Of a DNA stretch of 64,000 nucleotides, positions 41,141 through 52,096 are shown piece after piece. Source of the DNA: an uncultured Planctomycetaceae bacterium. GTDB lineage: Bacteria; Planctomycetota; Planctomycetia; Pirellulales; PALSA-1355. The notes under the pieces were generated by a model. It searched no databases. It was not told where the DNA came from and saw only the letters and a program-made list of their open reading frames with translations. Each line of letters starts with the position of its first letter. Positions within the stretch are counted from its first letter, which is position 1. The stretch lies in contig CAWAUV010000009.1 of the NCBI GenBank assembly GCA_963785305.1, forward strand, positions 256,001 through 320,000, read 5' to 3'. A program made the translations under genes and the position numbers.

Positions 41141-42408
41141 GGTGCTGCTCCCGCAACGTCGTGGTCGCGCCGCGGCGCCGCTTGATTGCTTTCCGGCAAG
41201 GAACGAATGCGCTCGGCATGTTGGTGAATTCGATCGACAGCTTCGCAGATTCGCGAGATCGTTTCGTCGCACAAATGGGTCCCCATGGGCAGGCTGAGGC
41301 TGCCGGCGGCAAGTCGCGTCGTTGCGGCCAGCGCCGCGGAATCGTAAGCATAGTGGCGATAGGCGGTTTGCTGATGCACGGCTGGCGCATAGTATTTGCG
41401 AGTATCGATCCCCTCGGCCGCGAGCGCCCTGGCCAATAGATCGCGGCTTATGCCAAACGCCGCTTCGTCGATCACAATCGAAAAATCCTTGTAGGAACAG
41501 CGGTCGCCCGGCCGCACCGTTTGCAATTCAATTCCCGGCAGTCGCTCAAGCCGCTGGCGATAAAGCTCCGCGATGGCGTTGCGCCGCTGGGCGACGCCCT
41601 CGAGCAGCGGAAGACCATGGAGTCCGAGCAGCGCGCTCAACTCGGGCATGCGCGCATTGATGCCCACGAGCACGCTGTCGTACGAGCCGTCGTTGCCATA
41701 CTCGCGCCAGCCGCACATAATTGGCCGTTTGGTCGTTGTTCGTCGCCACGATTCCGCCTTCGCCCGCCACGAGCAGCTTCGTCGGACTGAGGCTAAAGAC
41801 ATGGGCGTCGGCCGCCGCGCCGACCGGTCGTCGGGCATGGCAAGCGCCAAAGCCATGGGCCGCGTCGAAGACGAGCGCCAAACCGCGGCGAGCGGCGATC
41901 GCTTCGAGCGCGGCGATATCGGCCGGGTTGCCGAAGGTATGCACGCCGACGATCGCGGTGGTGCGCGGAGTGATCGCCTGTTCGACGGCGGCCGGATCGA
42001 GCGTCGCCGAGCCGGCATCGACATCGGCGAACACCGGTCGAGCGCGGCCCAAACCAGGGCGCTCACCGTGGCCATGAAGGTGAAACTCGGCGCGATGACC
42101 TCGCCTTCGAGCCCCAAGGCCCGATAGGCGAGCATGAGACCGGTCGTGCAACTCGACACCGCGACCGCGTGTCGCACTTGCAAATGCTCGGCCACCGCGC
42201 TTTCGAATTGCTGCAAGCATTCGCCCTTGGTCACCATGCCGCTGGCGAGCATTCGTCGGGCGCCGGGCTCGATCGCGGCGAATTCCGGCAAGGCCGGCCG
42301 CACGAACGGAATTCGTTGGGACACCAGGGCATCGCCGCCCAACACGACCGGACAATTCGTGGCGTTGGCTTTCAACTTTGGAGACTCCTCGGAATAACAT
42401 TCGAACAA
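41137..42408 (-). CDS. DegT/DnrJ/EryC1/StrS sugar aminotransferase (internal compensating frameshifts)
   Basis: VSSCTTGL, PSFTFMAT, FDAAHG, SLSPTKLLVAGEGG (PLP lysine), LSLP. Start uncertain. Confidence 0.88.
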   Translation of the reverse strand: MFECYSEESPKLKANATNCPVVLGGDALVSQRIPFVRPALPEFAAIEPGARRMLASGMVTKGECLQQFESAVAEHLQVRHAVAVSSCTTGLMLAYRALGLEGEVIAPSFTFMATVSALVWAALDRCSPMSMPARRRSIRPPSNRRSLRAPPRSSACIPSATRPISPRSKRSPLAAVWRSSSTRPMALALAMPDDRSARRPTPMSLASVRRSCSWRAKAESWRRTTTKRPIMCGWREYGNDGSYDSVLVGINARMPELSALLGLHGLPLLEGVAQRRNAIAELYRQRLERLPGIELQTVRPGDRCSYKDFSIVIDEAAFGISRDLLARALAAEGIDTRKYYAPAVHQQTAYRHYAYDSAALAATTRLAAGSLSLPMGTHLCDETISRICEAVDRIHQHAERIRSLPESNQAAPRRDHDVAGAAP

Positions 42409-42466
42409 AACATGTTGGCGTGAAATCGCGGTCCGCGCAAGGAAGACTCAAGGCGTTCGCGCTTGA

Positions 42467-44491
42467 TTAGCGCGGCTTGCCAACGCCCCCGGGTCGCTGA
42501 CGCGCCGCGGGCACGCTCGAGGGGGCCTCGGCCTGATAATGTTGTTGATCGCCGTTGGCCGCGAGCACGGCATCGTCGCGATCGCGCTCGGGCGATGCAT
42601 ATTCCGGCGTCATTTCCCGCAGTTTTTCCAAAAGCGGCGCATCCTCGCCCTCGACGAGTTGTCGCAGCACGTCGAGATCATGTCGCATCGCATGGAGCGA
42701 AACCGCCCGGTGGTGGGCGGCGAACAGTTTGGCGTGGGGCGTGGGCAGCGGCCGTTCGTCATCGGCATATAGTTGCTCCGAGAGTTTCTCGCCGGGACGC
42801 ATGCCCACGAATTCGATATCGATGGCATGTTCCGGGAGTCCGGCCATGCGAATCATTTGCTTGGCGAGGTCGAGAATCAGAATCGGCTGGCCCATGTCGA
42901 GCACGAAAATCTGCCCACGGCCGCCGATCGAGCCGGCCTGTAGCACGAGCTGCGACGCCTCGGCGATCGTCATGAAATAGCGATTCATCTCGGGATGCGT
43001 GAGCGTGATCGGGCCGCCTTGGCGAATCTGCTCGTAAAAGATCGGCGCCACGCTGCCGACCGAGCCGAGCACGTTGCCGAACCGCACGACGACGAATCGC
43101 GTGGACGAATGTTCGGCGAGCGCCATTACATAGTTTTCGCTGATGCGTTTCGACACGCCCATGATGCTCGAGGGATTCACGGCCTTGTCGGTCGAGATAT
43201 AAACGAATCGTTCGACGCCCATTTCATCGGCCAGTTCGGCCAGGAGCGCGGCGCCGAATACATTGTTCTTGATCGCTTCGCCCACATGGGTTTCGAGCAG
43301 CGGAACATGCTTATGCGCCGCGACATGAAACACGATCGTGGGCCGATGGGCGCGAAAGATGGCCCGCATCCGCGGCTCATCGGTAATATCGCCCAGGCAT
43401 GTGATGATGGGAGTCGACTCCAGCGAGGTCCGCAGTTCGCGATCGATCGCGAACAAGCTCGGCTCCGAACGATCGACGATCACCACCTCGCGGGGCGCGA
43501 AGCGCACAAGCTGCCGGCAAATTTCGGAACCGATGCTGCCGCCCGCGCCGGTCACGAGCGCCACTCCGCCGCGCAGCGCCTCGCGCACCGGGGCGTCGTC
43601 GAGCCGCACCGGTTCGCGCTGGAGCAGGCTTTCGACATCGAGCGGTTTGACATTTAGTAGTTTGTGGCTGCTCACCATTTGGCTGGGCGGCGGCAACACG
43701 TGCAGCCTCAAGCCGGCCGACTCGCATTGGGCTCGCAGTCGACGCAACTCCCCGCCCGGCAAGCTGCCGGCCACGACGATCACCTCCGAGGCCCGTCGCG
43801 CGCGAGCCGTGTCGAGCAATTGATCGATCGTGCCCAAGACCGGCACTCCGCCGAAGCGTTGCCCGGGCCAACTCGCGGTCTGATCGAGAAAACCGCAAAT
43901 CCGTAAGGGCAATTCGGGATGCAATTGCAATTGCAACGAGACGATCTTATCGGCCGTGCCGGCCCCGACCAGCAGTGCCCGATGATAGGTGTGTCGCTTG
44001 AGCCAGGGCACGGCAAACTCGGTCGCGCAGCGCCAGATCGAACGCTCGGCGCCGACATAGAGAATCGTGGCCGCGAAGTCGGCGAGCAGCACCAGCCTCG
44101 GCACGAACACCGGCAGCAAGCCGCATTGATTCGCGATCACCAGGCACAACAGGCTCCAGCTCGACGCTTGCCCGAGCGACACGAGATCGCGAAAGGAAAC
44201 ATGCCCCCACCAGGCTTTGAACTGCGACGCCAGGGCAAACACGCCCATCTTGATCGCCACGACATAAAACAGCGTCGGCCAAAACGCCTCGGCAAGCCAG
44301 GTCGGCACGCGGAGATCGAACCGGATCAGCACCGCGCTGCCAAAGGCGGCGGTGAAGGCCGCCAGGTGCGCGACCGCAGCCAGCCGCATTCGTGAGCGGC
44401 ATCGCGTCGCGAGTCGCCGGGCGCCGCCAACGAGGCCGCCGGTGAATGAAGGCGATGTGTTTGGGCCGGGTTCGTTGGTGGTCAGCGGCAC
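42467..44491 (-). CDS. Membrane-anchored UDP-sugar 4,6-dehydratase (PglF/CapD/WbpM family)
   Basis: N-terminal TM helices; TGAGGSIGSE, HVAAHKHVP, ISTDKAVNP, MGVSK, RFGNVLGS. Confidence 0.92.
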   Translation of the reverse strand: MPLTTNEPGPNTSPSFTGGLVGGARRLATRCRSRMRLAAVAHLAAFTAAFGSAVLIRFDLRVPTWLAEAFWPTLFYVVAIKMGVFALASQFKAWWGHVSFRDLVSLGQASSWSLLCLVIANQCGLLPVFVPRLVLLADFAATILYVGAERSIWRCATEFAVPWLKRHTYHRALLVGAGTADKIVSLQLQLHPELPLRICGFLDQTASWPGQRFGGVPVLGTIDQLLDTARARRASEVIVVAGSLPGGELRRLRAQCESAGLRLHVLPPPSQMVSSHKLLNVKPLDVESLLQREPVRLDDAPVREALRGGVALVTGAGGSIGSEICRQLVRFAPREVVIVDRSEPSLFAIDRELRTSLESTPIITCLGDITDEPRMRAIFRAHRPTIVFHVAAHKHVPLLETHVGEAIKNNVFGAALLAELADEMGVERFVYISTDKAVNPSSIMGVSKRISENYVMALAEHSSTRFVVVRFGNVLGSVGSVAPIFYEQIRQGGPITLTHPEMNRYFMTIAEASQLVLQAGSIGGRGQIFVLDMGQPILILDLAKQMIRMAGLPEHAIDIEFVGMRPGEKLSEQLYADDERPLPTPHAKLFAAHHRAVSLHAMRHDLDVLRQLVEGEDAPLLEKLREMTPEYASPERDRDDAVLAANGDQQHYQAEAPSSVPAARQRPGGVGKPR

Positions 44492-44768
44492 GGGCGAGTC
44501 CCTCGCGACATGGGAGAAGTCTTCGGCGCGTCCGTGCGATGAATTTTCCAGCGGCCGCCCGATGGAGTCGTCGCGACCGAGTTGCGATCGTACAAGCCGC
44601 GCGGCAAAGCCCAGCCGATGAGGAGGTTTTTCCTCATTGCCTTCGCGTCAACCCAGCGGAAACGGAGGAATTTCTCCATCGCGCTCGGCAAGCGATGAGG
44701 CGCCGGCCCACAATGACCGTTCCCGCCGGCGAGCCCGCTCGCGAACCCTTTTGGTCTCAGGAGCATCC

Positions 44769-46258
44769 ATGAACTTCACTCCGGTCGACGACGTTTTTGC
44801 AATGTTCGCGCGTCGCTGGCGATGGATCGCTCCCCTCTGGGGCGCGTTGATCGTTTTCGCGGCAATCGGAATCGAACGCCTGCCCGACGTGTATCAATCC
44901 ACCGGCAAGCTGTTCGTGCGGCTGGGACGTGAAAACGTGACCCTCGATCCGACAGCCAATCTAGGCCAAGGCTCGATGAGCGCCGTGCCGCAGCTCCGCG
45001 ACCAGGAAATCAACACCGTGGTCGAGACCCTGCGCTCGCGCGTGCTTTACGAACGCGTGGTCGATGTGCTCGGGCCCGAGACGGTGCTGGCCGGCAATCC
45101 ATCGATGCTCGATTGGCTCTTGCCGCGCTCGCTACGGCCGCGCAACGAGGCGGTCGACCGCCTGGCACGGCGCTCGGAGGCGATGGCGGTGCGAAAGTCG
45201 AATTTGATCTCGATCGCCTGCGAGGGACCCGATCCGGCGCTGGCTCAGCGCGAAGCCCAAACGCTAGTCGACTGTTTTTTCGATTACCATCGGAGTTTGA
45301 ACCGCACCCCCGGGGCCGGGCCGTTTTTTGCCCGCCAAGCCAAACTCTTGGGCGAGCAACTCGCGGCGAAAGAAGCCGAGACCCTTGCGATCAAGAATCG
45401 GATGGGCGTGGTGTCGGTGGCCGAGCAAAAACGACTGCTTCTCGCCCGAGCCGACGCGCTCGAGCAAGATTGGCAAACCAGCGAAGCGTGCGTCATGGAG
45501 ACCGAAGCCGCGATTGCGGTGTTTCGCCAGCAAATCGCGAGCCTGCCCGAACAGTTCACCGTCGAGCGAAGCGAAGGCCACGCGAATTCTTCCGCCGACG
45601 CGATGCGCGACCGACTCTATACGCTCGAGGTGCAGGAAAGCGAACTAGCCGCCCGCTTGACCGACGATCATTTCCTGCTATGGCAGGCCCGCGAACAGCT
45701 TGCCCAGGCCCGCGAGATTCAGCAAACCGAACACGCGCGTCGCATGCGGATGAAAGGCGCCCGCAATCGCGCGTTCGACCAAGCTGAAACCTCGCTGCTG
45801 GCGAAAGAAGCCGAGCTCGCCGCGCATCGGGCCCGCGCCGAGGCGCAGCGCGCGGAACTCGACACGACCAAGCAAGAAATGCTCGCGCTCAACCAAGCCG
45901 AAGCCCAACTTGCCCAACTCGAGCGCGAGCTCGAATTGCTGCGCGATGATTACGGTAAATACAGCCAGAGCCTGGAGCAAACCCGGATCGACGAAGCGCT
46001 CGAAGCTGGCCGAATCTCGAATATCAGCGTGGCCGAGCCCCCCAGGCTGCCGCATCGCGCACTGCGGCCCAATCGTGCGTGTGGTTCGGCTTGGCCGTGG
46101 TGTTGGCGACCTGCGTGGCGCTGGCCACCGGCCTGGTGCTTGATGGAAAAGCGTGGCCCGCGCGGGTGACGAATCCTGTTCGCGCCGGCAACGTATTTGC
46201 CGGCCAGTTTTCCCAGAACTCTAGCGACGGCGCTGCCGTCAACGAGGTATTGGTATGA
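44769..46258 (+). CDS. Polysaccharide co-polymerase (GumC/Wzc-like, no kinase domain); frameshift near 46080
   Basis: N-terminal TM, YQSTGKLFV, long coiled coil, NISVAEPP...RP, then a second TM in the shifted frame ending at an ATGA overlap. Confidence 0.8.
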
Positions 46259-46922
46259 TCGACGCCGACCTGCCGGGAATCTTGATTTATGGAGCTGGCG
46301 GACAAGCCAGTGTCACCTGGGACGCGGTGCGCAAGCAACGGCGCTTTCGCCCCGTGGGGTTTATCGCCGATGATTGTCCGCCGGGCGAGGAGCGGCGCTT
46401 CCTTGACCTGCCGATTGTTTCGTTTCACTCGCTCCGCGATCGCCGCGCCGCGCTGCCCGAGAACTTCATCGTTGCGATCGGAGATAACGTGGTGAGGCAG
46501 GCGAAATTCGCGATCATGGAATCGCTCGGCTTCCGTGCGGCCACGGTCGCGCATCCGCAGGCGTGCGTCGGCCATGGGGTCGAGATCGGGCGAGGTTCGT
46601 TCTTGAGCGCGGGAGTCGTCATCGACACCGACGTCGCGATCGGCGAGGGAGCGCTGCTGAACGTGGCGCGGCCGTCGGCCACGAAACTCGTATCGGCCGT
46701 TTCGCGCATATCGGCCCACGAACCGTCATCGGCGCCCGTTGCCGGATCGGCTCGCAGTTCGGCTCGGGAATCGGAGCGGCCATGATCTCGGGCCTCGGCG
46801 CCGGGCGAAATTGTTTTTTGGCTGCCGGGGCGCTGGTGACCAAGGAAATGCCCGATGACTGCGTGGCCCTCGGATCGCCGGCGCGGTTCCGCTCGCGCGA
46901 GGCGGCGCTCGTCGATTCTTGA
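46255..46922 (+). CDS. Sugar acetyltransferase, PglD/NeuD family (frameshift near 46670)
   Basis: IYGAGG, VAIGDN..R, hexapeptide repeats, GSPAR. Confidence 0.85.
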
Positions 46923-47095
46923 GATGTCGGGGGCCGATCTGCTCTGTGCTTTCCGCGGGAAGCGCGCGTAAAATGCTAGTGGCCGCCCTCGTGGGGGACC
47001 GCTCGGCGCCTGCTTGGCGCCCCGGGCGTTGTTTCCTCGCGTGGGCGGACACGGAATCGCGGCGATCACGTCACCCCCCGGAGAGCTCGGACGCC

Positions 47096-48808
47096 ATGCA
47101 CGAAAATCAGAGCGGCATTGCAAAGATTCCCGCGCCCGACGCCAAGCGTCGCCTGCCGCCACCCGCCGCGGAAGTGGCCGGCCTTTCAATCGGCCAGTAT
47201 CTCGTTCGCCGACTGCAGGACTATGGCATCGAGCATGTGTTCGGCATTCCGGGCGACTATGTGCTGGGGTTTTATTCCTTGCTGGAAAAAAGCCCGATCG
47301 AAGTGATCGGCTGCACCCGCGAGGATTCGGCCGGCTTCGCGGCCGACGCCTATGCCCGCATGCGTGGCATGGGCGCGGTGTGTGTCACCTATTGCGTGGG
47401 CGGGCTCAGCCTATGCAACTCCGTGGCCGGCATGTATGCCGAAAAATCGCCGGTGGTGGTCATCACCGGATCGCCGGGCGTATCGGAGCGGGTCAACAAT
47501 CCGCTCTTGCATCACAAGGTCAAGGACTTTCACACACAGTTCGATGTCTTCGAGAAGCTGTGCATCGCGGGAGCCGAGCTCGATGATCCGTGGATCGCTT
47601 TCGAGGAGATCGACCGCGTGCTGCATGCCGCGGCGGCCTTCAAGCGGCCGGTATATCTTGAAATTCCGCGCGACATGGTGCATGTCGTGCCCGACGCGCG
47701 GCGGCAATTCAAGGACCCGAATTCGGCGAGCGATCCCGAGTCGCTGGCCGAGGCGGTGGCCGAAGCCGCGCGCTGGATTTCCTCGTGCGAGCGGCCGGTG
47801 ATTCTGGGCGGCGTCGAGATCCATCGCTTTGGCCTGCAAGACGAGCTCGTGGCCCTGGCCGAGGGCAGCCAGATCGCCATCACGACGACCCTGCTCGGCA
47901 AAGGCATAATTTCGGAAACGCATCCGCTGTTCGTGGGTCAATATGAAGGCGCGATGGGCAACGACGCGGTGACGCGCTTCGTCGAGGAAAGCGATTGCGT
48001 GCTCCTGCTCGGCGCTTTCATGACCGATTTGAACCTCGGCATTTACACTGCGAATCTCGATCCTGGCAAGTGTATTTACGCCACGAGCGAACAGCTTCGC
48101 CTTCGGCATCATCACTTTCACAATGTGCTGCTGGTCGACTTCATGCGCGAGCTTGTCGCCCGCAAGCCGCCGGCGGCCCCGCGCGAGCGTCCCAAGATCA
48201 AGAGCCTGGCGAACGAAAAGTTCACGCTCCAGCCCGACGCGCCGATCAAGATCAGCCGCTTGATCGCCCGGCTCAATGAAACCGTGGTCGCCGACACGGT
48301 GGTGATCGCCGATATCGGCGACTCGCTGTTTTCGACGCAAGAACTGATCACCCGGGGCCGCACGGAATTCATCAGCCCAGCCTATTACACCTCGATGGGG
48401 TTCGCGGTTCCGGCGGCGCTCGGCGCGTCGGTGGCCCGCGAGGATCAACGGGTGATCGTGGTGGTGGGCGATGGCGCGTTTCAAATGACCGGCATGGAGC
48501 TCTCGACCATTGTCCGCCATGGGTTCTCGCCGATCGTGATCGTGCTCGACAATCAGGGCTACGGCACCGAGCGCGTGCTCCACCCGGGCGATTTCAATGA
48601 GATTCATCCGTGGGCCTATCATAAGCTGCCGGCGGTGATCGGCGGCGGAACCGGCTACGAAGTGCGCACCGAGGGCGACTTCGACGCGGCGCTGACCAAA
48701 GCCTGGGCCGACCGGAGCGGTCCCAGTATCTTGCAGGTGCAAATTGCCCACGACGATTGCAGCCGCGCCCTCGGACGACTGGCGGAGAAGCTCAGCAAGC
48801 GAGTATGA
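47096..48808 (+). CDS. ThDP-dependent alpha-keto acid decarboxylase (pyruvate/indolepyruvate decarboxylase family)
   Basis: FGIPGDY, TREDSAGFAADAYAR, LLHH, GDGAFQM...DNQGY. Confidence 0.9.
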   Translation: MHENQSGIAKIPAPDAKRRLPPPAAEVAGLSIGQYLVRRLQDYGIEHVFGIPGDYVLGFYSLLEKSPIEVIGCTREDSAGFAADAYARMRGMGAVCVTYCVGGLSLCNSVAGMYAEKSPVVVITGSPGVSERVNNPLLHHKVKDFHTQFDVFEKLCIAGAELDDPWIAFEEIDRVLHAAAAFKRPVYLEIPRDMVHVVPDARRQFKDPNSASDPESLAEAVAEAARWISSCERPVILGGVEIHRFGLQDELVALAEGSQIAITTTLLGKGIISETHPLFVGQYEGAMGNDAVTRFVEESDCVLLLGAFMTDLNLGIYTANLDPGKCIYATSEQLRLRHHHFHNVLLVDFMRELVARKPPAAPRERPKIKSLANEKFTLQPDAPIKISRLIARLNETVVADTVVIADIGDSLFSTQELITRGRTEFISPAYYTSMGFAVPAALGASVAREDQRVIVVVGDGAFQMTGMELSTIVRHGFSPIVIVLDNQGYGTERVLHPGDFNEIHPWAYHKLPAVIGGGTGYEVRTEGDFDAALTKAWADRSGPSILQVQIAHDDCSRALGRLAEKLSKRV

Positions 48809-49261
48809 TTTCCGTCGCGGATTGGCCGCGTGGAGCCGGGTATTTTCGTGGCGCCATGTTCGCGCCGCCGCAGTCCCCCCGGCAATCCAAATCGCGAGGC
48901 GCTCGAACGTTATGATGCGAAATCGTCCGTTGTGGTATTACGGATTGCTGTGCCTCGTGGCGTCGGCATTGCCGCAGGTTCTGTTTCCGGCGCCGCGATC
49001 CCCAAGAAGCCGACGTGCGCATGCACGCGATGCTGCTGTTTTCGGGCATCGGCGTGGCGCTCATCTTGGCGAGCGCCGTGCAAATTTGGCGAAGAAAACG
49101 CGACTGACCGGGCAATGCCCGAAGCGCCGCGCGCTTGCTTGGCAGTGCGGCCGCGGGCTATGCTATTTCGGAACTTGTGCGTTTGCCCACCCCAAAAAAA
49201 TTCGATCTCCCCACGCCGCGCGTCGCCTGGAGCGCGGGCCGCAAATCGCCTTGGAGTACCC

Positions 49262-50413
49262 ATGAAAATTCTTACGATCGTGGCGTCGGTGGCAGCCATG
49301 GCAGTTTCGCTGGCCGAGGCCTCCGATACGCAGACCCGCGACAACACCCCCCGGAGCAAGACCGCCGTGAACGTGAAGCAGGCCCCCTTTGGCACGACCA
49401 GCGACGGAAAAACCGCGACGCTCTACACCTGCGTCAATTCCCATGGCCTGGTGCTGAAGCTGACCGACCATGGCGCTTTTGTCACCGGCGTCGAGACGCC
49501 TGATCGCCATGGCAAGCTCGCCGAAATCACGCTCGGCTTCAAGACGCTCGATGGCTATCTCACGCACAAAGCCCATTTCGGCGGCACGATCGGCCGCTAT
49601 GGCAACCGCATCGCCAAGGGCAAGTTCACGCTCGACGGAAAGACCTATCAGCTTGCCACGAACAATGGCCCCAACCACTTGCACGGCGGCCCCACGGGAT
49701 TCGACCATCGCCTCTGGCGCGGCGAAGTGATCGAGCGGCCGGGTGTCGCGGGCGTGAAATTCAGCTACAAGAGCGCCGATGGCGAGGAAGGATATCCCGG
49801 CGCCCTCGATGTGAGCGTCGCCTACACGCTCGACGACGAAGATCAATTGAAAATGGAATATTGGGCCACGACCGATAAACCGACGGTGGTGAATCTCACC
49901 AACCACTGCTATTGGAACCTCGCGGGCGGCGGCAATATCCTCGACGAACGCGTGATGATCAACGCCGATCGCTATCTGCCGGTCGACGCCACCGCGATTC
50001 CCACCGGCGAGCTTGCCCCGGTCGCGGGAACCGTGATGGACTTCCTGAAGAGCCATCCGATCGGCGACAAGATCGCCCAGACGGACAATGGTCCCGGCAA
50101 CCCCCTGGGCTACGATCACTGCTATGTGCTCCGGGGAGAGCCGGGCCAACTCAAGCTCGCGGCCCGGGTCGAAGATCCGAAAAGCGGCCGTGTGATGGAG
50201 GTCTCCACGACCGAGCCGGGCATTCAGTTCTACACCGGCAATTTTCTCGATGGCGACCCGATCAACGGCGGCCACGCGAAGCATGCGGCCCTGTGCCTGG
50301 AAGCCGAGCACTTCCCGGATTCGCCCAATCAGCCGAAGTTTCCCTCGACCGAATTGCGGCCCGGCCAGCAGTACCATCAATTGACGGTGCATAAGTTCAG
50401 CGTCGAAAAGTAA
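49262..50413 (+). CDS. galM: Aldose 1-epimerase with N-terminal signal peptide
   Basis: GRYGNRI, NHLHGG, GYPG, NLTNHCYWNL, GYDH, QFYTGN, CLE. Confidence 0.92.
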   Translation: MKILTIVASVAAMAVSLAEASDTQTRDNTPRSKTAVNVKQAPFGTTSDGKTATLYTCVNSHGLVLKLTDHGAFVTGVETPDRHGKLAEITLGFKTLDGYLTHKAHFGGTIGRYGNRIAKGKFTLDGKTYQLATNNGPNHLHGGPTGFDHRLWRGEVIERPGVAGVKFSYKSADGEEGYPGALDVSVAYTLDDEDQLKMEYWATTDKPTVVNLTNHCYWNLAGGGNILDERVMINADRYLPVDATAIPTGELAPVAGTVMDFLKSHPIGDKIAQTDNGPGNPLGYDHCYVLRGEPGQLKLAARVEDPKSGRVMEVSTTEPGIQFYTGNFLDGDPINGGHAKHAALCLEAEHFPDSPNQPKFPSTELRPGQQYHQLTVHKFSVEK

Positions 50414-50460
50414 CGGTCTCGGCGTTTTCCGCCGAGCGATTTTTTTCCGGCTGTACGGAC

Positions 50461-51140
50461 ATGAATTACTTCGCGCATGCCCGGCATTTGCTCGACGACC
50501 CCTATCGGCTGGCCGGCGCCGCGGCGCCCGACTGGCTGAATGTTCATGATCGCGGCTGCCGGTTGCGCTTGCGCGGCGTCGTGCCGCTGCTGGACGACGC
50601 GGATCCGCGCGTGGCCGCGTTTGCTCGAGGCGTGCTCGACCATTTGCATGATGATCGGTGGTTCCACGAGACTCTCGCGTTTGTCGAGCTCTCGCTGCGG
50701 TTTTCGCGCGAGATCGGCCGGCGGTTCGTCGATCCCCAGGGGCATCGGTCCTGGTTTCTCGGGCACATTTTGGTCGAGCTCCTGCTCGACGCGACACTGA
50801 TCGCCGCCGCGCCCGAGCGGCTTGCCCGGTATTATGAATCGCTGGCCACGACCGACGACGCGCTCGTGCGCGCTGCAATCTCGCGGGCCACGGGCAAACA
50901 GGCCGAGGGACTGGCGCGATTTCTACCGGCCTTTCGGCAAGTGCGCGTTCTTTGTGGGATTATCTCGAGGATGCGAAACTGCTGACGCGATTGAATCAAG
51001 TGCTCGCGCGCGTCGGGCTGGCGCTGCTCGACGAGAGCTTCATCGAATGGCTTCCCGAAGCTCGCGCGTGTGTCGCCGCCTCGGCCGATGCCCTGCTGGC
51101 CGAGCCCGCCCGCGAGTTGGAACCGGCGGCGGGGCATTGA
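50461..51140 (+). CDS. Hypothetical metal-binding protein, AcpH/HD-like pattern (frameshift near 50950)
   Basis: MNYFAH, PDWL, HLHDDRWFH, GHILVELLLD. Confidence 0.55.
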
Positions 51141-51228
51141 CCGGCCCGCGGCGGGTCGGCACGTCGCCGGCCGCGTAAAAAGAGATTCTCCACACCCACT
51201 CCATAAAAACCCCTGGGAGCAAGCGGCG

Positions 51229-52084
51229 ATGCAATATGGAATGAACCTGCTCTTGTGGAACGGCGATCTGGGCGAGAGCGATCTGCCGACGCTCGAAATG
51301 CTCAAGAAGCTGGGCTACGACGGCGTCGAACTGCCGATGTTCAATCTCGATGTCGAAAAGTTCGCCATGCTGGGTCGCTGGCTCGATAGTCTTGGGCTCG
51401 CGCGCACCGGGGTAACGATTCGCACCGGCGCCGACAATCCGATCAGCCCCGATCCAAAAATTCGCGCGGTTGGAGTGGCGAAGACGAAGCTCACGCTCGA
51501 TTGTTGCAAAGCCGCCGGGGCCGCGGCCCTGATCGGGCCGTATCATTCGGCAATCGGGGAGTTCAGCGGCGCCGGGCCCACGCGCGACGAATGGCGCTGG
51601 GGCGTTGATAGCATGCGCGAAGTGGCCGAATACGCCGACAAACTGGGGATCATGCTCGGCGTCGAATACCTCAATCGGTTCGAGACCTATTTGCTCACAT
51701 CGGCGGCCGACGCCGTGCGGTTCGTCAAGGATGTCGATCACCCGCGCTGTTTGACGATGTACGACACGTTTCATGCCAACATCGAGGAAAAGGGACTTGC
51801 CGAGGCGATTCGCGTTTGCGCCTCCGCACATGCTGCAAGTGCATATTTCGGAAAACGATCGCGGCACGCCCGGCCAAGGCCACGTCGATTGGAAAACCAC
51901 TTTCGACACGCTGGCCGAAGTGGGCTACGACGGTTGGCTCGTGGTCGAGGCATTTGGACTCGCCCTGCCCGAGATCGCCGCGGCCACGAAGATCTGGCGT
52001 CGGATGTATGATAGCGAAGAGCAACTGGCCCGCGACGCGCTGAGTTTCATGAAGCGCGAAGTGGCGGCGCGTGGACGGAAGTAA
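51229..52084 (+). CDS. D-psicose/D-tagatose 3-epimerase family protein (frameshift near 51820)
   Basis: GYDGVE, EYLNRFE, DTFHANIEE, HISENDRG, VEAF. Confidence 0.88.
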
Positions 52085-52096
52085 GCAGGTTGCCTC

